Origin: Chiloscyllium plagiosum
Taxonomy: Eukaryota
NCBI RefSeq assembly: GCF_004010195.1
Contig: NC_057758.1
Location: forward strand, 8,470,775-8,502,777
DNA: 32,003 bases
Direction of reading: 5' to 3'
Below are positions 12,159 through 23,565 of the stretch, in pieces. A program made the translations under genes and the position numbers. The notes under the pieces are model-generated. The model did no database searches and had not been told where the DNA came from. It saw only the letters and a program-made list of their open reading frames with translations. Positions within the stretch are counted from its first letter, which is position 1; every line of letters begins with the position of its first letter.

Positions 12159-12384
12159 ATTTCATGTGCGTGTCTGGGGCATGTGGTGTGTTGTGTGTGT
12201 GTGTGTGCGTGTTTCAGCCTCTGTGTTAATCTTTCGGTGTGCATTTATGATTCCATGCATGTGTCTTTGTCTGTGTTTTTGTGTTCCTCTATGTCAGTGA
12301 TTCTGTCTCTGTGTATTGGTGCATTCCTGTGTATATCGATGATTTTGTTTTATTGTTCACCTCCATTCAATGGGTTTTCTGTAA

Positions 12385-13190
12385 TCGAGTCATAGAGTAC
12401 TAAAGCATGGAGATATGCCCTTTGATCCAAACTGATCCATGCCGAACAAAATGTCCATCCATGCTAATCCCATTTCCTTTAAACCTGGCCCATATACTCA
12501 TAATCCTTTTCAATCCATGTATTGATCCAAATCACTTTTAAATGTTGTTAATGTACCAGCCTTAACCACGTCCACTGGCAGATCATTCCATATGCAACCA
12601 ATTCTATGTGTAAGAATGGTTTACCTCCGTTTCCATTTTATTATTTCCCTTCCAACATCAAATTTGAGACTTAGTTTCTTTGATTCTCATACCCTGAGAA
12701 AAGGACTGTTTGCATTCACGCTATTCATGCCTCACTTGACCTATTAGATACCCACTCAGTCTCCAAATCGCGAATGAGAAAAGCCCATCTCTTTCAACCT
12801 CTCCCTGTAACACAGACCATTGAGACCTGACAGCATCCTTGTAAAATTCTGATGCAGTCTTTCCAGATTAATACCCTCCTTCCTGCAGCAAGGAAACCAA
12901 ATCCGAAGACAATACTCCAAGTGCGTCTTCACCAATGTTCTGTACAACATAACTTCCCAACTTCAATAATCAATGGCCTGACTGATGAAGGTGAGTATTC
13001 CAAAAGCCCCCTGCACTGCCCTGGCTACCTGTGACTCCACTTTCAGAGAACTGTGCACCTGAAATCCAAAGTCCTCTGTGACAATCCGCTCCTTAAGGCC
13101 CGACCATTCACCATGAAACACAGTCCTTGATTTGACTTTACAAAATGCACGATCACACACTTAAATATCACTTGCCATTTTTCGGGCACT
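12385..13190 (-). mobile_element. 5'-truncated CR1 LINE with 3' tail
   Basis: LYRTLVKTHLEYCLRIWFP...LERLHQNFTRMLSGL and DFGFQVHSSLKVESQVARAV. The tail gagtcatagag is the reverse complement of ctctatgactc. Confidence 0.92.
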
Positions 13191-13267
13191 TCCCAAGATA
13201 TCAACGTCCTGCTTCCATTTCTGACATTCTTCCTTACCTTGAACCATACATCTTTTTATTTTAGTGC

Positions 13268-13937
13268 CGTAGAACTTTGAACATGAAACAGGACAGGCCT
13301 TCCGGCCGTCAATGTTATGCTGACCTGTGAAACCCATCTGAAGCCCAATCAAACTCCACCATTCCAGTTTCGTCCACATGAAAACGCAATGACAATTTAA
13401 ATGCCCTTAAACTTGGCGAGTCCACTACTGTTGCAGGCAGTGCATTCCACGCCCCTACTACTATCGGAGCAAAGAAACTAACTCGGACATCTGTTCTATA
13501 TCTGTCAACCTTCAATTTAAAGCGATGACCCCTCGTGCTAGCCAACACCGTCTGAGAAACAAAAAAAAAACACTCGCTGTCCACCCCATCCAACCCTCTG
13601 ATCATCTTGTAAGTCTCTACCAAGTCCCCCTCAATTCTTCTCATCAATGAAAACAGCTTTCGGTCCCTCAGATTTTCCTCGTAAGAACTTCCCTCCATAC
13701 CAGGCAGCATCCTCGGAAATCTCCTCTGAAACCGTTCCCAAGCTTCTACATCTTTCCAATAATGCAGTGACCAGAACTATACATAATAATCCAAGTGCAG
13801 CTGCAAAAGGGTTTTGTACCGCTGCAACACGACCTGGTTCTGAAACTCAATCCCTCTACTAATAAAAGCTAACAATCGATATGCGTTCTAAACAACTGCA
13901 TCAACGTGTGTGTCGACTTTCTCGGATCTATGTACAT
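13268..13937 (-). mobile_element. 5'-truncated CR1 LINE (second subfamily) with 3' tail
   Basis: MLPGMEGSSYEENL...GDLVETYKMIRGLD...TRGHRFKLK...VVGAWNALPATVV...FKLSL. Confidence 0.93.
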
Positions 13938-14203
13938 TTGTTATTTTTCTCAAGAGAGTTGGAATGTAACAGGAGAGATGTGCTACTGAAACTTTATAAA
14001 GCTCTGGTTAGGACGCATTTAGAATACTATGTCGAGTTTTGGGCCCCACACCTCAATAAGGGCGTACTTGAACTTGAGAATTTCCAGTGGGGTTTCACAC
14101 GGATGATCCCTGGAATGTTAGGCCTCACATATGATGAACGGCTGAGGATCTTGAGATCGTATTCATCAGAGTTTAGAAGGATGAGGGGAGATCTAATAGA
14201 AAC
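13938..14203 (+). mobile_element. CR1 ORF2 C-terminal fragment
   Basis: LLKLYKALVRTHLEYYVEFWAPHL...FTRMIPGMLGLTYDERL...RRMRGDLIET. Confidence 0.93.
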
Positions 14204-15185
14204 GAATTCCCAGCGTTCACACTTTCTAAGCCTTGCAACATCACGAACGTTGACACCTGGGAGGCAACAAACCAATCGTGTGTTCCTCTCATTCCCACAC
14301 AACCTCCTATCTCTTTTCCTGACTATTGACTCACCAATGACGAAAGCTCTGCTCCTCTTCCCCTTCCCCACTGAGCAGCAGGGATAGACACTGCACCAGC
14401 GACCTCTTCCCCATTACTTCCCTGGTTAGTCTTTCCCCCAACAGTTTCTAAAATGGTATACTTGTTGCGGAGAATCACCACAGAAGATCCCTGCACTGCC
14501 TAATCGTCACTGCCTTACTNNNNNNNNNNNNNNNNNNNNNNNNNNNNNNNNNNNNNNNNNNNNNNNNNNNNNNNNNNNNNNNNNNNNNNNNNNNNNNNNN
14601 NNNNNNNNNNNNNNNNNNNNNNNNNNNNNNNNNNNNNNNNNNNNNNNNNNNNNNNNNNNNNNNNNNNNNNNNNNNNNNNNNNNNNNNNNNNNNNNNNNNN
14701 NNNNNNNNNNNNNNNNNNNNNNNNNNNNNNNNNNNNNNNNNNNNNNNNNNNNNNNNNNNNNNNNNNNNNNNNNNNNNNNNNNNNNNNNNNNNNNNNNNNN
14801 NNNNNNNNNNNNNNNNNNNNNNNNNNNNNNNNNNNNNNNNNNNNNNNNNNNNNNNNNNNNNNNNNNNNNNNNNNNNNNNNNNNNNNNNNNNNNNNNNNNN
14901 NNNNNNNNNNNNNNNNNNNNNNNNNNNNNNNNNNNNNNNNNNNNNNNNNNNNNNNNNNNNNNNNNNNNNNNNNNNNNNNNNNNNNNNNNNNNNNNNNNNN
15001 NNNNNNNNNNNNNNNNNNNNNNNNNNNNNNNNNNNNNNNNNNNNNNNNNNNNNNNNNNNNNNNNNNNNNNNNNNNNNNNNNNNNNNNNNCCCGACGTTCA
15101 TCCAGCTCCACCTGCTGTTCCCTAACTTGGTTCTCGAGGCACTGGACTTGGGTGCACGTCTCACGCATGACGTCAGCAATGAGCG
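14204..15185 (-). mobile_element. CR1 ORF1 (zinc-finger/leucine-zipper plus SGNH esterase) 5' part, spanning a gap
   Basis: RAFVIGESIVRKRDRRLCG..RNTRLVCCLPGVNVRDV matches the CR1 ORF1 esterase (VIGDSIVR...VCCLPGA). Beyond the gap, CTQVQCLENQVREQQVELDE matches the N-terminal zf/lz region. Confidence 0.85.
14520..15089. other. Assembly gap (570 N)
   Basis: Run of N. Confidence 1.
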
Positions 15186-15578
15186 TGAGGTGACTTACTT
15201 GCCAAACGTCCAGGAATCCTTTGAATCATCCTTAATGTTTAAAAATAATCATTTTCCCCATTTCAATAAACAGCGTAAAAGAAAATAAATATTTATTTTA
15301 AATTACACTATATTCCAACAGACCAAGACTATTGCTCTCGGTTCAGCCAGCTAAAAAGAGTGACTCATACACTCTGTAATTTTCTAAGTTTAGATTGACA
15401 AGCTCATTTCACTTTAACAAAAATAGACATCTGGATTCCTAGGGATAACTGAAGTCATCTGCTCAGTGACTGTACATGGTATAAACAATCCTGTTAACGG
15501 AACACAGGTGTTGACGATGAATTAATGTCGACTCCGTAATTAATAAGTGAAGTCTCTCAGGGACTTGTCTTTTTTCTG

Positions 15579-15586
15579 CATAAAAG
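15579..15586 (+). promoter_or_regulatory. Possible TATA-like box (CATAAAAG) of the GPCR gene
   Basis: Motif about 60 nt upstream of ATG 15642; positional inference only. Confidence 0.3.
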
Positions 15587-15641
15587 GATTCCTGGGTTAA
15601 CTGCATAGAATAACCCTCCACCCATTGGCAGAAAATGCGTC

Positions 15642-15786
15642 ATGGATTTCAATGATTTCTATCTAAACATTCTTGAAGTATCCTCCGGCGTATCTTCATG
15701 GATTAATGGGGACTTCTACATCCAAACTAGAATTCAGGATTTTGAGAGGATATACTACCCAATACTTGCTGCTGTCAGCGTCCCCC
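15642..15786 (+). CDS. GPCR exon 1 (N-terminus and first half of TM1)
   Basis: gtcATGG Kozak context; MDFNDF...FERIYYPILAAVSVP; donor GTAAGT at 15787. Confidence 0.85.
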
Positions 15787-16399
15787 GTAAGTGCAAATTT
15801 CTAAACCGTGTTGTACTCTTCACTTATTGTCCTGAACTGTTTCCTGATCCACGTTTGCTCGTAGATGGATGGTTGATTCTCCTTACTCACCTTGGTATAT
15901 ATGGTGAAGTGTAAACCTATGTTGGACCAGACTACATTACACTGCCTACATAGTCATTACCGGAGACGAATTCGATTGATTCTCTGCTTCTTATCCTCGT
16001 GGCTATGGATCTATTTATCTACGAGCAAATGTGGAAGGATCACCTGAAATTCTCTGCAGTAGTTGGCTGTATTTGTTTGATAGACCGTGAATACTTGGAT
16101 CAGAATTCTGCGTCAGTATATTCAATGTATTTAATATAAGATGACAGCATATCAGTCAAACAGACACACACACACTCTCTCTCACAGATTCTCGCTCTTG
16201 CAAAACTGCATACGCCCACTATCACTCACATAAAACCTTTCAGATTCTTTCCCAAATGCACAGAGACATTTTCTCTCTCTTTTTTCGAACTCTCTATCAC
16301 ACACAAACACACACACACACACACAAAATCAATGGGAAACACTCATTAATTCAGAGAATCTCAGACACAGACACTGTCAGAATGTACCGCGTGTCGTAA

Positions 16400-18188
16400 T
16401 ATGTGGTGCTGGAAAATATAGGTGTTCTGGTAGCATGCGAAGTGGGGGAGAGGTGAAGTTTTGAGCATCAGCCGTTCATCACGAATGAGGGGGTGGCCCA
16501 AGGAGCCTGAGAGATAAATGAGTGATGCTGATGAAGGTAACTGAGAATGCCATTCTTAGCTGGAGGTGCGCAATGGTGGAGATTGTTCAGAAAGAAAGTT
16601 GGAGCTAATTTGGTGGGAAGAAAAATCGAGAGTGAGGACAGTTCAATAGGGCGGTTGGGTTTGTTAAAGTGTTCTGCAACTGGGAGATGGAATTATTTCG
16701 TCCATGTCTCCTTGAGATGCTCTCAGAAACGTTCTGCGAGTAACCGTCCTGTCACCCCAATGTCGAGTATGCCACACCAAAACCAACGGACACAACAGTT
16801 GATGTGTGTGGAAGCAAAGCTAAATCTCTGTGCAAATGCGAAAGGATCAGTGAGAACCATGGACGGCGGTGAGTTTGAAGGTGTAGGCACATGCTTTCCT
16901 CTTCCTTTGGTGTCAAGGAAAGGTGCCAGGTGTGGATGATACCGTGGTGGATGCTGTGGCCCTCACAATGGAGTCTTTGTGGTTATCATCTCTGTGGAAT
17001 GCTGGTAGCGGTGGAAAGTGAAATGCATCCCAGGTGGCGGACATGGCTGAAGATGTTATGTTGAATGTGGAGATTGGTGCGATGAAAGTTGAGGAGCGGA
17101 GAGTTCTGTCCTCGATCCGATTGAAGAGGTAGGGTTCAAAGGCAGAGGTGAGCGAAATGGAAAAGATGCACTGGAGAACATCGTCGACCCGCGGGAGGGA
17201 ATTTGCAGTCATTGAAGAATTTCCCATCCGGGAATTTCTTTGGTGGAATTCGTCCTCCTGGGACAAGATGCAGTAGATAAATTGGAAGGAATGGATAGCG
17301 TTTTTACAAATGCCAAGATGGGACGAGATGTCGTCCAGGTCGTTGTGGGAGGCAGTGAGCTTGACGTCGAAGTCTGTTTTGCATTCAACGGAAATGAAGA
17401 TAGTGAGGTCCAGGAAGGGCCGAGACGGTCCACTTGAATTTGAAGTCAGGGTAAAAGGTACTGGTGAAGTTTATGAACTGTTCATGCTGCTCGCAGGAGC
17501 ATGAGCTGGCGCCGATCGAGTCATTGATGAAGCGCAGTAAATGGAGGGGATTGGTGTCAGTTTAGCTGCGGAAGTTGGACTGTTCTATGTACCAGAGAAC
17601 GTGGCATGAACTGCTGGGGCCGATGCGTATGCCCATGGTTACCCCTTTTCCCTCGAGGAAGTGGGAGAATTGAAAGGAGATTTTTTTTTGAGGGTGAGGT
17701 CCAGTTCAACCAATCAGACGAACGTTTCAGTGGAAGTATGCGATTTGGATCTTCGCTTGACGACGAAATAGAGGGCTTGAAGGCCTTCGTCTTGAGAGAA
17801 GAATGTCTGAAAATGTAGTTTGCGAGCCAGAGAAACGGAGGCGGTGGCATCCCGAACATACATGGGGCGATCCTAGATCAAGCTGGACAGAATGATGCCA
17901 AGGTATGCTGGGGTATGTTCTTGGGGGAAGGAGCTGGGTGAGACATTAGGTCAACCAGGGCAGTCAGGTTTGTGAATTTTGGGTCAGAGGTAGAACCGGG
18001 CAGTGCGTTGTCCCCAGACTATGAGTTTTAAGCCTGACACATGATAGACTGATGTTGGCAGGTGAGCTCGTGACTGAGTGGGCAGTCGGAAAGAGGTGTC
18101 CATGAGTTGCTGCCTGTTTTCAGCAACGTGGAGATTGGTGCGCCAATTTATCATTGTGCCCGCTTTGTCTGCTGGCTTGATTGGTAGC
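16400..18188 (-). mobile_element. Decayed Penelope-like element (RT plus GIY-YIG endonuclease plus tail) in the GPCR intron
   Basis: Minus translations IKPADKAG (about 18145-18182), RTARFYL*PKIHKPDCPG (about 17955-18008), PPLPAFHRD...PGTFP and INCCVRWFWCGILDIGVTGRLLAERF (GIY-YIG-like). The tail ends ttttccagcaccaca at about 16402. Confidence 0.9.
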
Positions 18189-18189
18189 C

Positions 18190-19470
18190 AGATGCACCAG
18201 CATCTTTCTCAGCTGTGCCTGCCTCCTCCTCAAGTAGGGCAACAGTGTGTTTTCCGCAGCTGCACCGGCAACATTCCCAGCCATTTCCTCCGTATCAACG
18301 CCATATCGTGCTCCCACCAGGAGTTTGAAATGTTCATGAATTTTATTGACATGTTGTTCGCTGACCACAAATTCATCTCGGCCACATCCCTCTCTTTACT
18401 GTACCTCTTCGTCTTCGTTTCCATTGACAGACTCAACACAAAGCAATTTCCCCCACCATTTGTCGAAATCTCCCTCCAGTACATCTCTTCCTCTTTTGCG
18501 CATCTGTCCTTGAAGCGCACCCATGCAATCACAGGAAGCACAGAGCTCCCCTGGACTCACCTTCTTTCCCAACAACCAGCAAATACAACGCGTCATCCTC
18601 GACCATTTCGACTACCTTCAAACAGACGACGTCACTAGAAATATATTTCTCGCCCCACCCGGACTTGTGCGCCACAGGGGCCATTCACTCCAGGACTCCT
18701 TCTTTCGGTCCAAGACCCCCACCAACCGACCATCCTCTCCCAGCATCATGCCTTGCCACCGGACAAAGTACAAAACCTCCTCCCACACCTCCATACTCAC
18801 CACAGTCCAAGGTCCCGAAGGATCCTTCCACAACCAACTGAAATTTAACTTGACTTCCACACATATCATACACTGTGTCCGTTGCTGTCGATGTGCTCTC
18901 CTCCAACTGAAGCAGACAGAATGCTTACTTGCAGAATGTTTCAGAGATCATCTCTGAGACACATGCACTAAAAACCCTATTGCCCTGTATCCAAACACTT
19001 TAAATCCCACTCCAACTCCGCCGAGGCCATGCACATCCTGGGCCTCCTCCACACCAAACATCTCGCCACCCAACACGTGGGCGAATACTGCCGCATGGTC
19101 CACCTTTGGTCCCTGCAACCATACAGGATAAAGGTATACTTCACGCGTTTCATTAATCGCCATCATCCCTCTTTCCAATTTATTCCAGAGCCAACATTCT
19201 GACTCGACACCAAACTCTGAACTGTCCAAACTGTCCATCTTGCTTCCTACCAATTCCGTTCAACCTCCTTTCTGACATATCACCATAATACCTCATATCC
19301 ATCTACCTATCCCATCCCCCGCTACTTTCCCCACAGTGCATCCCCTTCCATTGATCTCTCAGCCCATTGGGCTACTCCCTCATTGCTGATGAAGAGTTTA
19401 TGCTCGAAATGTCGACTCTCCTGCTCCTCAGATGCTTCCAGACTGCCTGTGCATCTCCAACACCACACGT
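18190..19470 (+). mobile_element. Second decayed Penelope-like element, inverted relative to the first
   Basis: QQCVFRSCTGNIPSHFLR..SCSHQEFEMFMNF (RT) and IQRVILDHFDYLQTD...QGPEGSFH...TSTHIIHCVRCCRCALL (GIY-YIG). Tail ctgatgaagag...ccaacaccacac. Confidence 0.9.
19383..19416 (+). ncRNA. Minimal type I hammerhead ribozyme motif in a PLE tail (probably weakened)
   Basis: CTGATGA(19386-92) A GAGT-TTAT-GCTC GAAA T GTC: core boxes intact and stem II pairs. The helix III palindrome ACGT is mutated to ATGT. Confidence 0.6.
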
Positions 19471-19681
19471 TCCATCACTTTCTCCTGCAACTATGTATAC
19501 AATAACTAGCTACGTCAGAGTAGAGAATGCGAATTTGGAATGTACGATTTGAGGATTATGGCTTCTGAATGGAAAACACAGTCATGACTGTGCACCACTT
19601 ATGTATGAAGTGAAAATTGAATATTGCAGTTTTTTCCCTCATCAATCATTAAGTGTTATATCGTAGTTTCCTTTTTCACAG

Positions 19682-20587
19682 TTAATATAGTGACGATTGT
19701 GATCCTGTTCCGTGGGAAGTGTGGACTCTCCAGATGTGTCACTCTCTATCTGATGGCCATGGCAGTCGCAGATTTATTGGTGGTCATCCTTGACCTGATA
19801 TTGAGACATATTCCAATTGTTTATCCAGAAGTCTTCACTTTCCTGAAGGATATAGATGTGTGCAACATTCATGCTGTCCTGCTTTATGCAGCATCCGAAT
19901 GCTCTGTCTGGTTCACAGTCACATTCACCTTCGACCGCTTGGTAGCCATTCGTTGTCACACGTTCAAAACTAAATATTGTAATGAGAAAACAGCGGCGGT
20001 GGCTCTCGGAACAGTGACTGGACTGAGCTGTTTAAATAATATCAGCTGGTATTTTATGTATAACCGTAATTATGGTTTATCAAATCATCCTATGTTTTGT
20101 GGTATAGAATTGAGTGATGACAACTTAGAGTTATAGGGCCATAATTGAAATTGTTCACTACATTCTCTCACCCTGTCTCCCATTCGTTCTGATTCTGCAG
20201 CTCAACATTTTCACCGTCAGACATATTGTAGTGAGCAGCAGAGCCCGCAGTAGACTCCGGGCTCACAAAAATGGGGAGTGTCCCAGAGACACGGAGATGG
20301 AGAACCGAAGAAAATCAATTGTTCTTCTGTTTATGATTTCAGGCAACTTCATCCTGCTGCGGGCAGTGTTTGCCGTGTATGCAATGCTTGAACGAATGGA
20401 TAATCTGGGCTATTTGATTTATGTGCCTGTGTATGTCCAAGAATTAGGATTTATTCTACAGCTCTTGAGTTGCTGCACAAACACTGCAATCTACGTCGTG
20501 ACACAGAATAGGTTCAGAGGACAATTCAAAAAATTGGTGATATATCCCTTCAGTCTGATCACTCATATAAGTAAAAGGCAAAATTAG
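19682..20587 (+). CDS. GPCR exon 2 (TM1 end to C-terminus), frameshifted at 20135
   Basis: ORFs 19624-20136 and 20231-20587 become one frame on deleting A20135: ...NLELWAIIEIVHYILSPCLPFVLILQLNIFTVRHIVVSSRARSRLR... Confidence 0.9.
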
Positions 20588-21021
20588 CACCAGCTTCTAG
20601 TTCCCATTGTATACCCTGACTCCCAACGATGATTTAGATTAATTGACACACGATATTCCAAATCTGGTCGGACTGGAGCCTTAAACAGCATTAGCAGCAT
20701 ATACACAGATTTTCATTCTAGCACGCTCCAAATGAATGTTGACATTTCATTTTTCTTCCTACCCTCCAAGTGAAATTGCAAACCAGCCTGAAGAAAATCC
20801 CGAACCAGGGCTCAAAGACTATCAACGCATAAAAACTCCGACGTTCTTTCTAATTTAGAACATAGTCTATGCGCCTGTTCCTCCAATCAAATTGCACGCC
20901 ATCCTATTTTTCCACATTGTTTTCCATTTTAACATTGCAGTCGGCTATCTTGTTGGGAAAGCTTGGGCAGGAATTTGGTTATTAAATGTTGATGGACACA
21001 ACAATTAAATGTAGATATGTA

Positions 21022-21027
21022 AATAAA
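21022..21027 (+). promoter_or_regulatory. Candidate polyadenylation signal AATAAA
   Basis: About 435 nt after the GPCR stop, followed by TG/T-rich sequence. Confidence 0.35.
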
Positions 21028-21414
21028 ATATGTTGATTTTTAGACAATCATTAGACAAAACGATTAATAATATTGTCTGCAGCCACGACCTTTCCAATCA
21101 ACTCTCACTCCTATCGAAACCTTCCAAATTTAGAATATACTTTGCGTATGTAAACATGCTATGAACGTTCCTAACCTCAAATTGTATGTCCTTGTGTTCG
21201 ATTAGTCACTTCATTCTCCACTCTCTCCGTCTTCCCTCGTCCTTCAGCAGTCTCCCCATCTCGTCAACCACTCCTGCCAGTCCGCAATTGTGCATGATTG
21301 ACCTCTTAGAACTTTGCCAAAATGTCGTTCCCCTCAGTCTGTACACCAGTGGTCCCCTCCTGTCTCGAAATTAAACATAGGGATTTCGGATCGTCAAGTT
21401 AAAATGAAGTTCTT

Positions 21415-23565
21415 GTCATCAGAGTTGACAAGCTGATTTGGGGCAGATCTTCGCAGGTAAAGGGACGGATGGAAAATGGGAAGCCTTCAATAATCAGATA
21501 ACGAGAATCCAGAGGAAGTATTTTTCTCTTAGGGTGAAAGGAAAGGCTGGTATGGATAGGGAATGGTGTATGACCAGAGAAATTGAGGGTTGGGTTCAGA
21601 AAAAATAAAGAAGCATGTGTAAGGTAAAGACAATTTAGAACGAGTGAATCGTTAGAAGAGTATAAAGGAATGAGGAGTATCCTGAGGATGGATATCACGA
21701 CGGCCAAAAGGAGGCATGAGTTAGCTTTGGCAAATAGAGGTCAGGAGAATCGAAAGTGTTTTTACAAATATTTTAAAGACAAAAGGATAACTAGGGAGAA
21801 AATAGGGTCCTACAAAGATCAGCAAGGCGGATTCTATGTGGAACCGCAGAAAATGGGGGAGATACTAAACGAGTATTTTGCATCAGTGTTTACTGAAGAA
21901 AAGGATATGGAAGATATAGACTGTAGGGACATAGATGGTGACACCGTGCAAAATGTCCAGATGACAGAGGAAGAAGTGCTGGATGTCTTGAAACGCATAA
22001 AGGTGGATAGTTCCCCAGGACCTGATCAGGTGTACCCGAGAACTCTGTGACATGTTAGATAAGTGATTGCTGGGCCATTGCTGAGATGTTTGTATCAGCG
22101 ATAGTCACAAGGCAGGTGCCGGGAGACTGGAGGTTTGCTAATCTGTTGCCACTGTTTAAGAGGGTGGTAAGGACAAGCCAGGGAAATAGAGACAAGTGAA
22201 CCTGACGCCGGTCATGGGCAAGTTGTTGGAGGGAATCCTAAGGGACAGGATGTACATGTATTTGGCAAGGTAAGGACTGCTTCGGGAGAGTCAACATGGC
22301 TTTGTGTGTGGGACATCATGTCTCACAAACTTGATTGAGCTTTTTTTGAGGAACTCACAAAGAAGAATAATGAGGGCAGAGTGGTACACGTGACCTATAT
22401 GGATTTCAGTGAGGCGTTCGACAAGGTTCCTCATGGGAGACTGATTAGCACGGTTAGATCTGACGGACTACAGCGAGAACTAGCTATTTGGATACAGAAC
22501 TGGCTTGAAGGAGGAAGATAGATGGTGGTACTGGAGGGTAGTTTATCGGGACTGGAGGCCTGTGAACAGCGGAGTGCCACAAGGATCGATGCTGAGCCCT
22601 CTAGTTTTTTTGTCATTTACATAAATGATTTGGATGCGATCATACGAGATACAATTAGTAAGTTTGCAGATGATACCAAATTTGGAGGTGTAATGGACAG
22701 CGAAGATAGTTACCTCAGATTACAACAGGTTCTTGACCAGATGGCCAATGGGCAGAGAAGTGGCAGATGGAGTTTAATTCAGATAAATGCTGCATTTTGG
22801 GATAGCAAATCTTAGCAGGGCTTATACACTTAATAGTAAGGTCCTAGGCAGCGTTGCTGTACAAGGAGATTTGGAATGTAGGTTCGTAGCTCCTTGAAAG
22901 TGGAGTCGGAGGTAGATAGGATTGTGAAGAAGTCGTTTGGTATGCTTTCGTTTCATGGTCAGATTATTGAATACAGGAGTAAGGATGTCATGTTGGGGCT
23001 GTATAGGACATTGGTTAGCCAACTGTCGGAATATTGCAATTTTGGTCTCCTTACTATCGGAATGATATTGTGAAACTTGGAAGGGTTCAGAGAAGATTTA
23101 CAAGGATTTTGCCAGTGTTGGAGGGGTTGAGCTCATGGGCGAAGCTGAATAGGCTGGTGGTGTTTTCCCTGGAGCATCGGAGGCTGACGGGTGACCTTCT
23201 TCAGGTTCACAAAATTGTTAGGGGCATGGATAGGATAAATAAGCAAATTATTTTCCCACGGCGTTGGGTGGTCCAGAGAGAGCGTAGGTTTAGGGTGAGA
23301 GGGGCAAGATATAGAAGAGACTTAAGGGGCGACGTTTTCACACAGAATATAGTACTTCTATGGAATGAGCTGCCAGATGAAGTGTTGGAGGCTGGCAGAA
23401 TTGAAACATTTAAGAGGCATTTGGATGTTTTCATCAATAGGAGGTGCTTGGAGGGATATGGGCCGATTGCTGGCAGGTCGAACAAGATTGGCTACGGATA
23501 GCTGGTCTGCATAGATGTGTTAGACGGAAGGGTCTGTTTTCATGCTGTACATCTCTATGACTCTA
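21415..23565 (+). mobile_element. 5'-truncated CR1 LINE, about 2.15 kb, with stops and frameshifts
   Basis: EILNEYFASVFTEE, SPGPDQVYPRTL, YINDLD...ISKFADDTK (RT catalytic motif), QFWSPYY...RVQRRFTRILP, WNELPDEVLEAG...FKRHLD. Tail tgtacatctctatgactcta. Confidence 0.97.

Larger units (their letters stand above)
15642..20587 (+). pseudogene. Two-exon GPR139/GPR142-like class A GPCR with a single 1-bp frameshift (349 aa if repaired)
   Basis: Exon 1 ends YYPILAAVSVP C|GTAAGT (phase 1) and joins ttttcacag|TT AAT to give VPLNIVTIVILFRGKCGLSRCVTLYLMAMAVADLL. Further motifs: CSVWFTVTFTFDR, KYCNEKTAA, PCLPFVLILQLN, RRKSIVLLF, LLSCCTNTAIY. An extra A at 20135 creates TAG. Confidence 0.9.

Noticed and set aside
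13881..14387. 168-aa ORF
   Set aside because: It reads across three differently oriented CR1 fragments.
16452..16487. Third hammerhead on the minus strand
   Set aside because: Core mutated (GTGATGA, AAAA) and stem II mismatched; a relic only.
19624..20587. Two separate GPCR ORFs, or a tiny intron at about 20136
   Set aside because: A single-base deletion restores a continuous frame, and no splice signals are needed. The TTG/GTG starts are ORF-caller artefacts.
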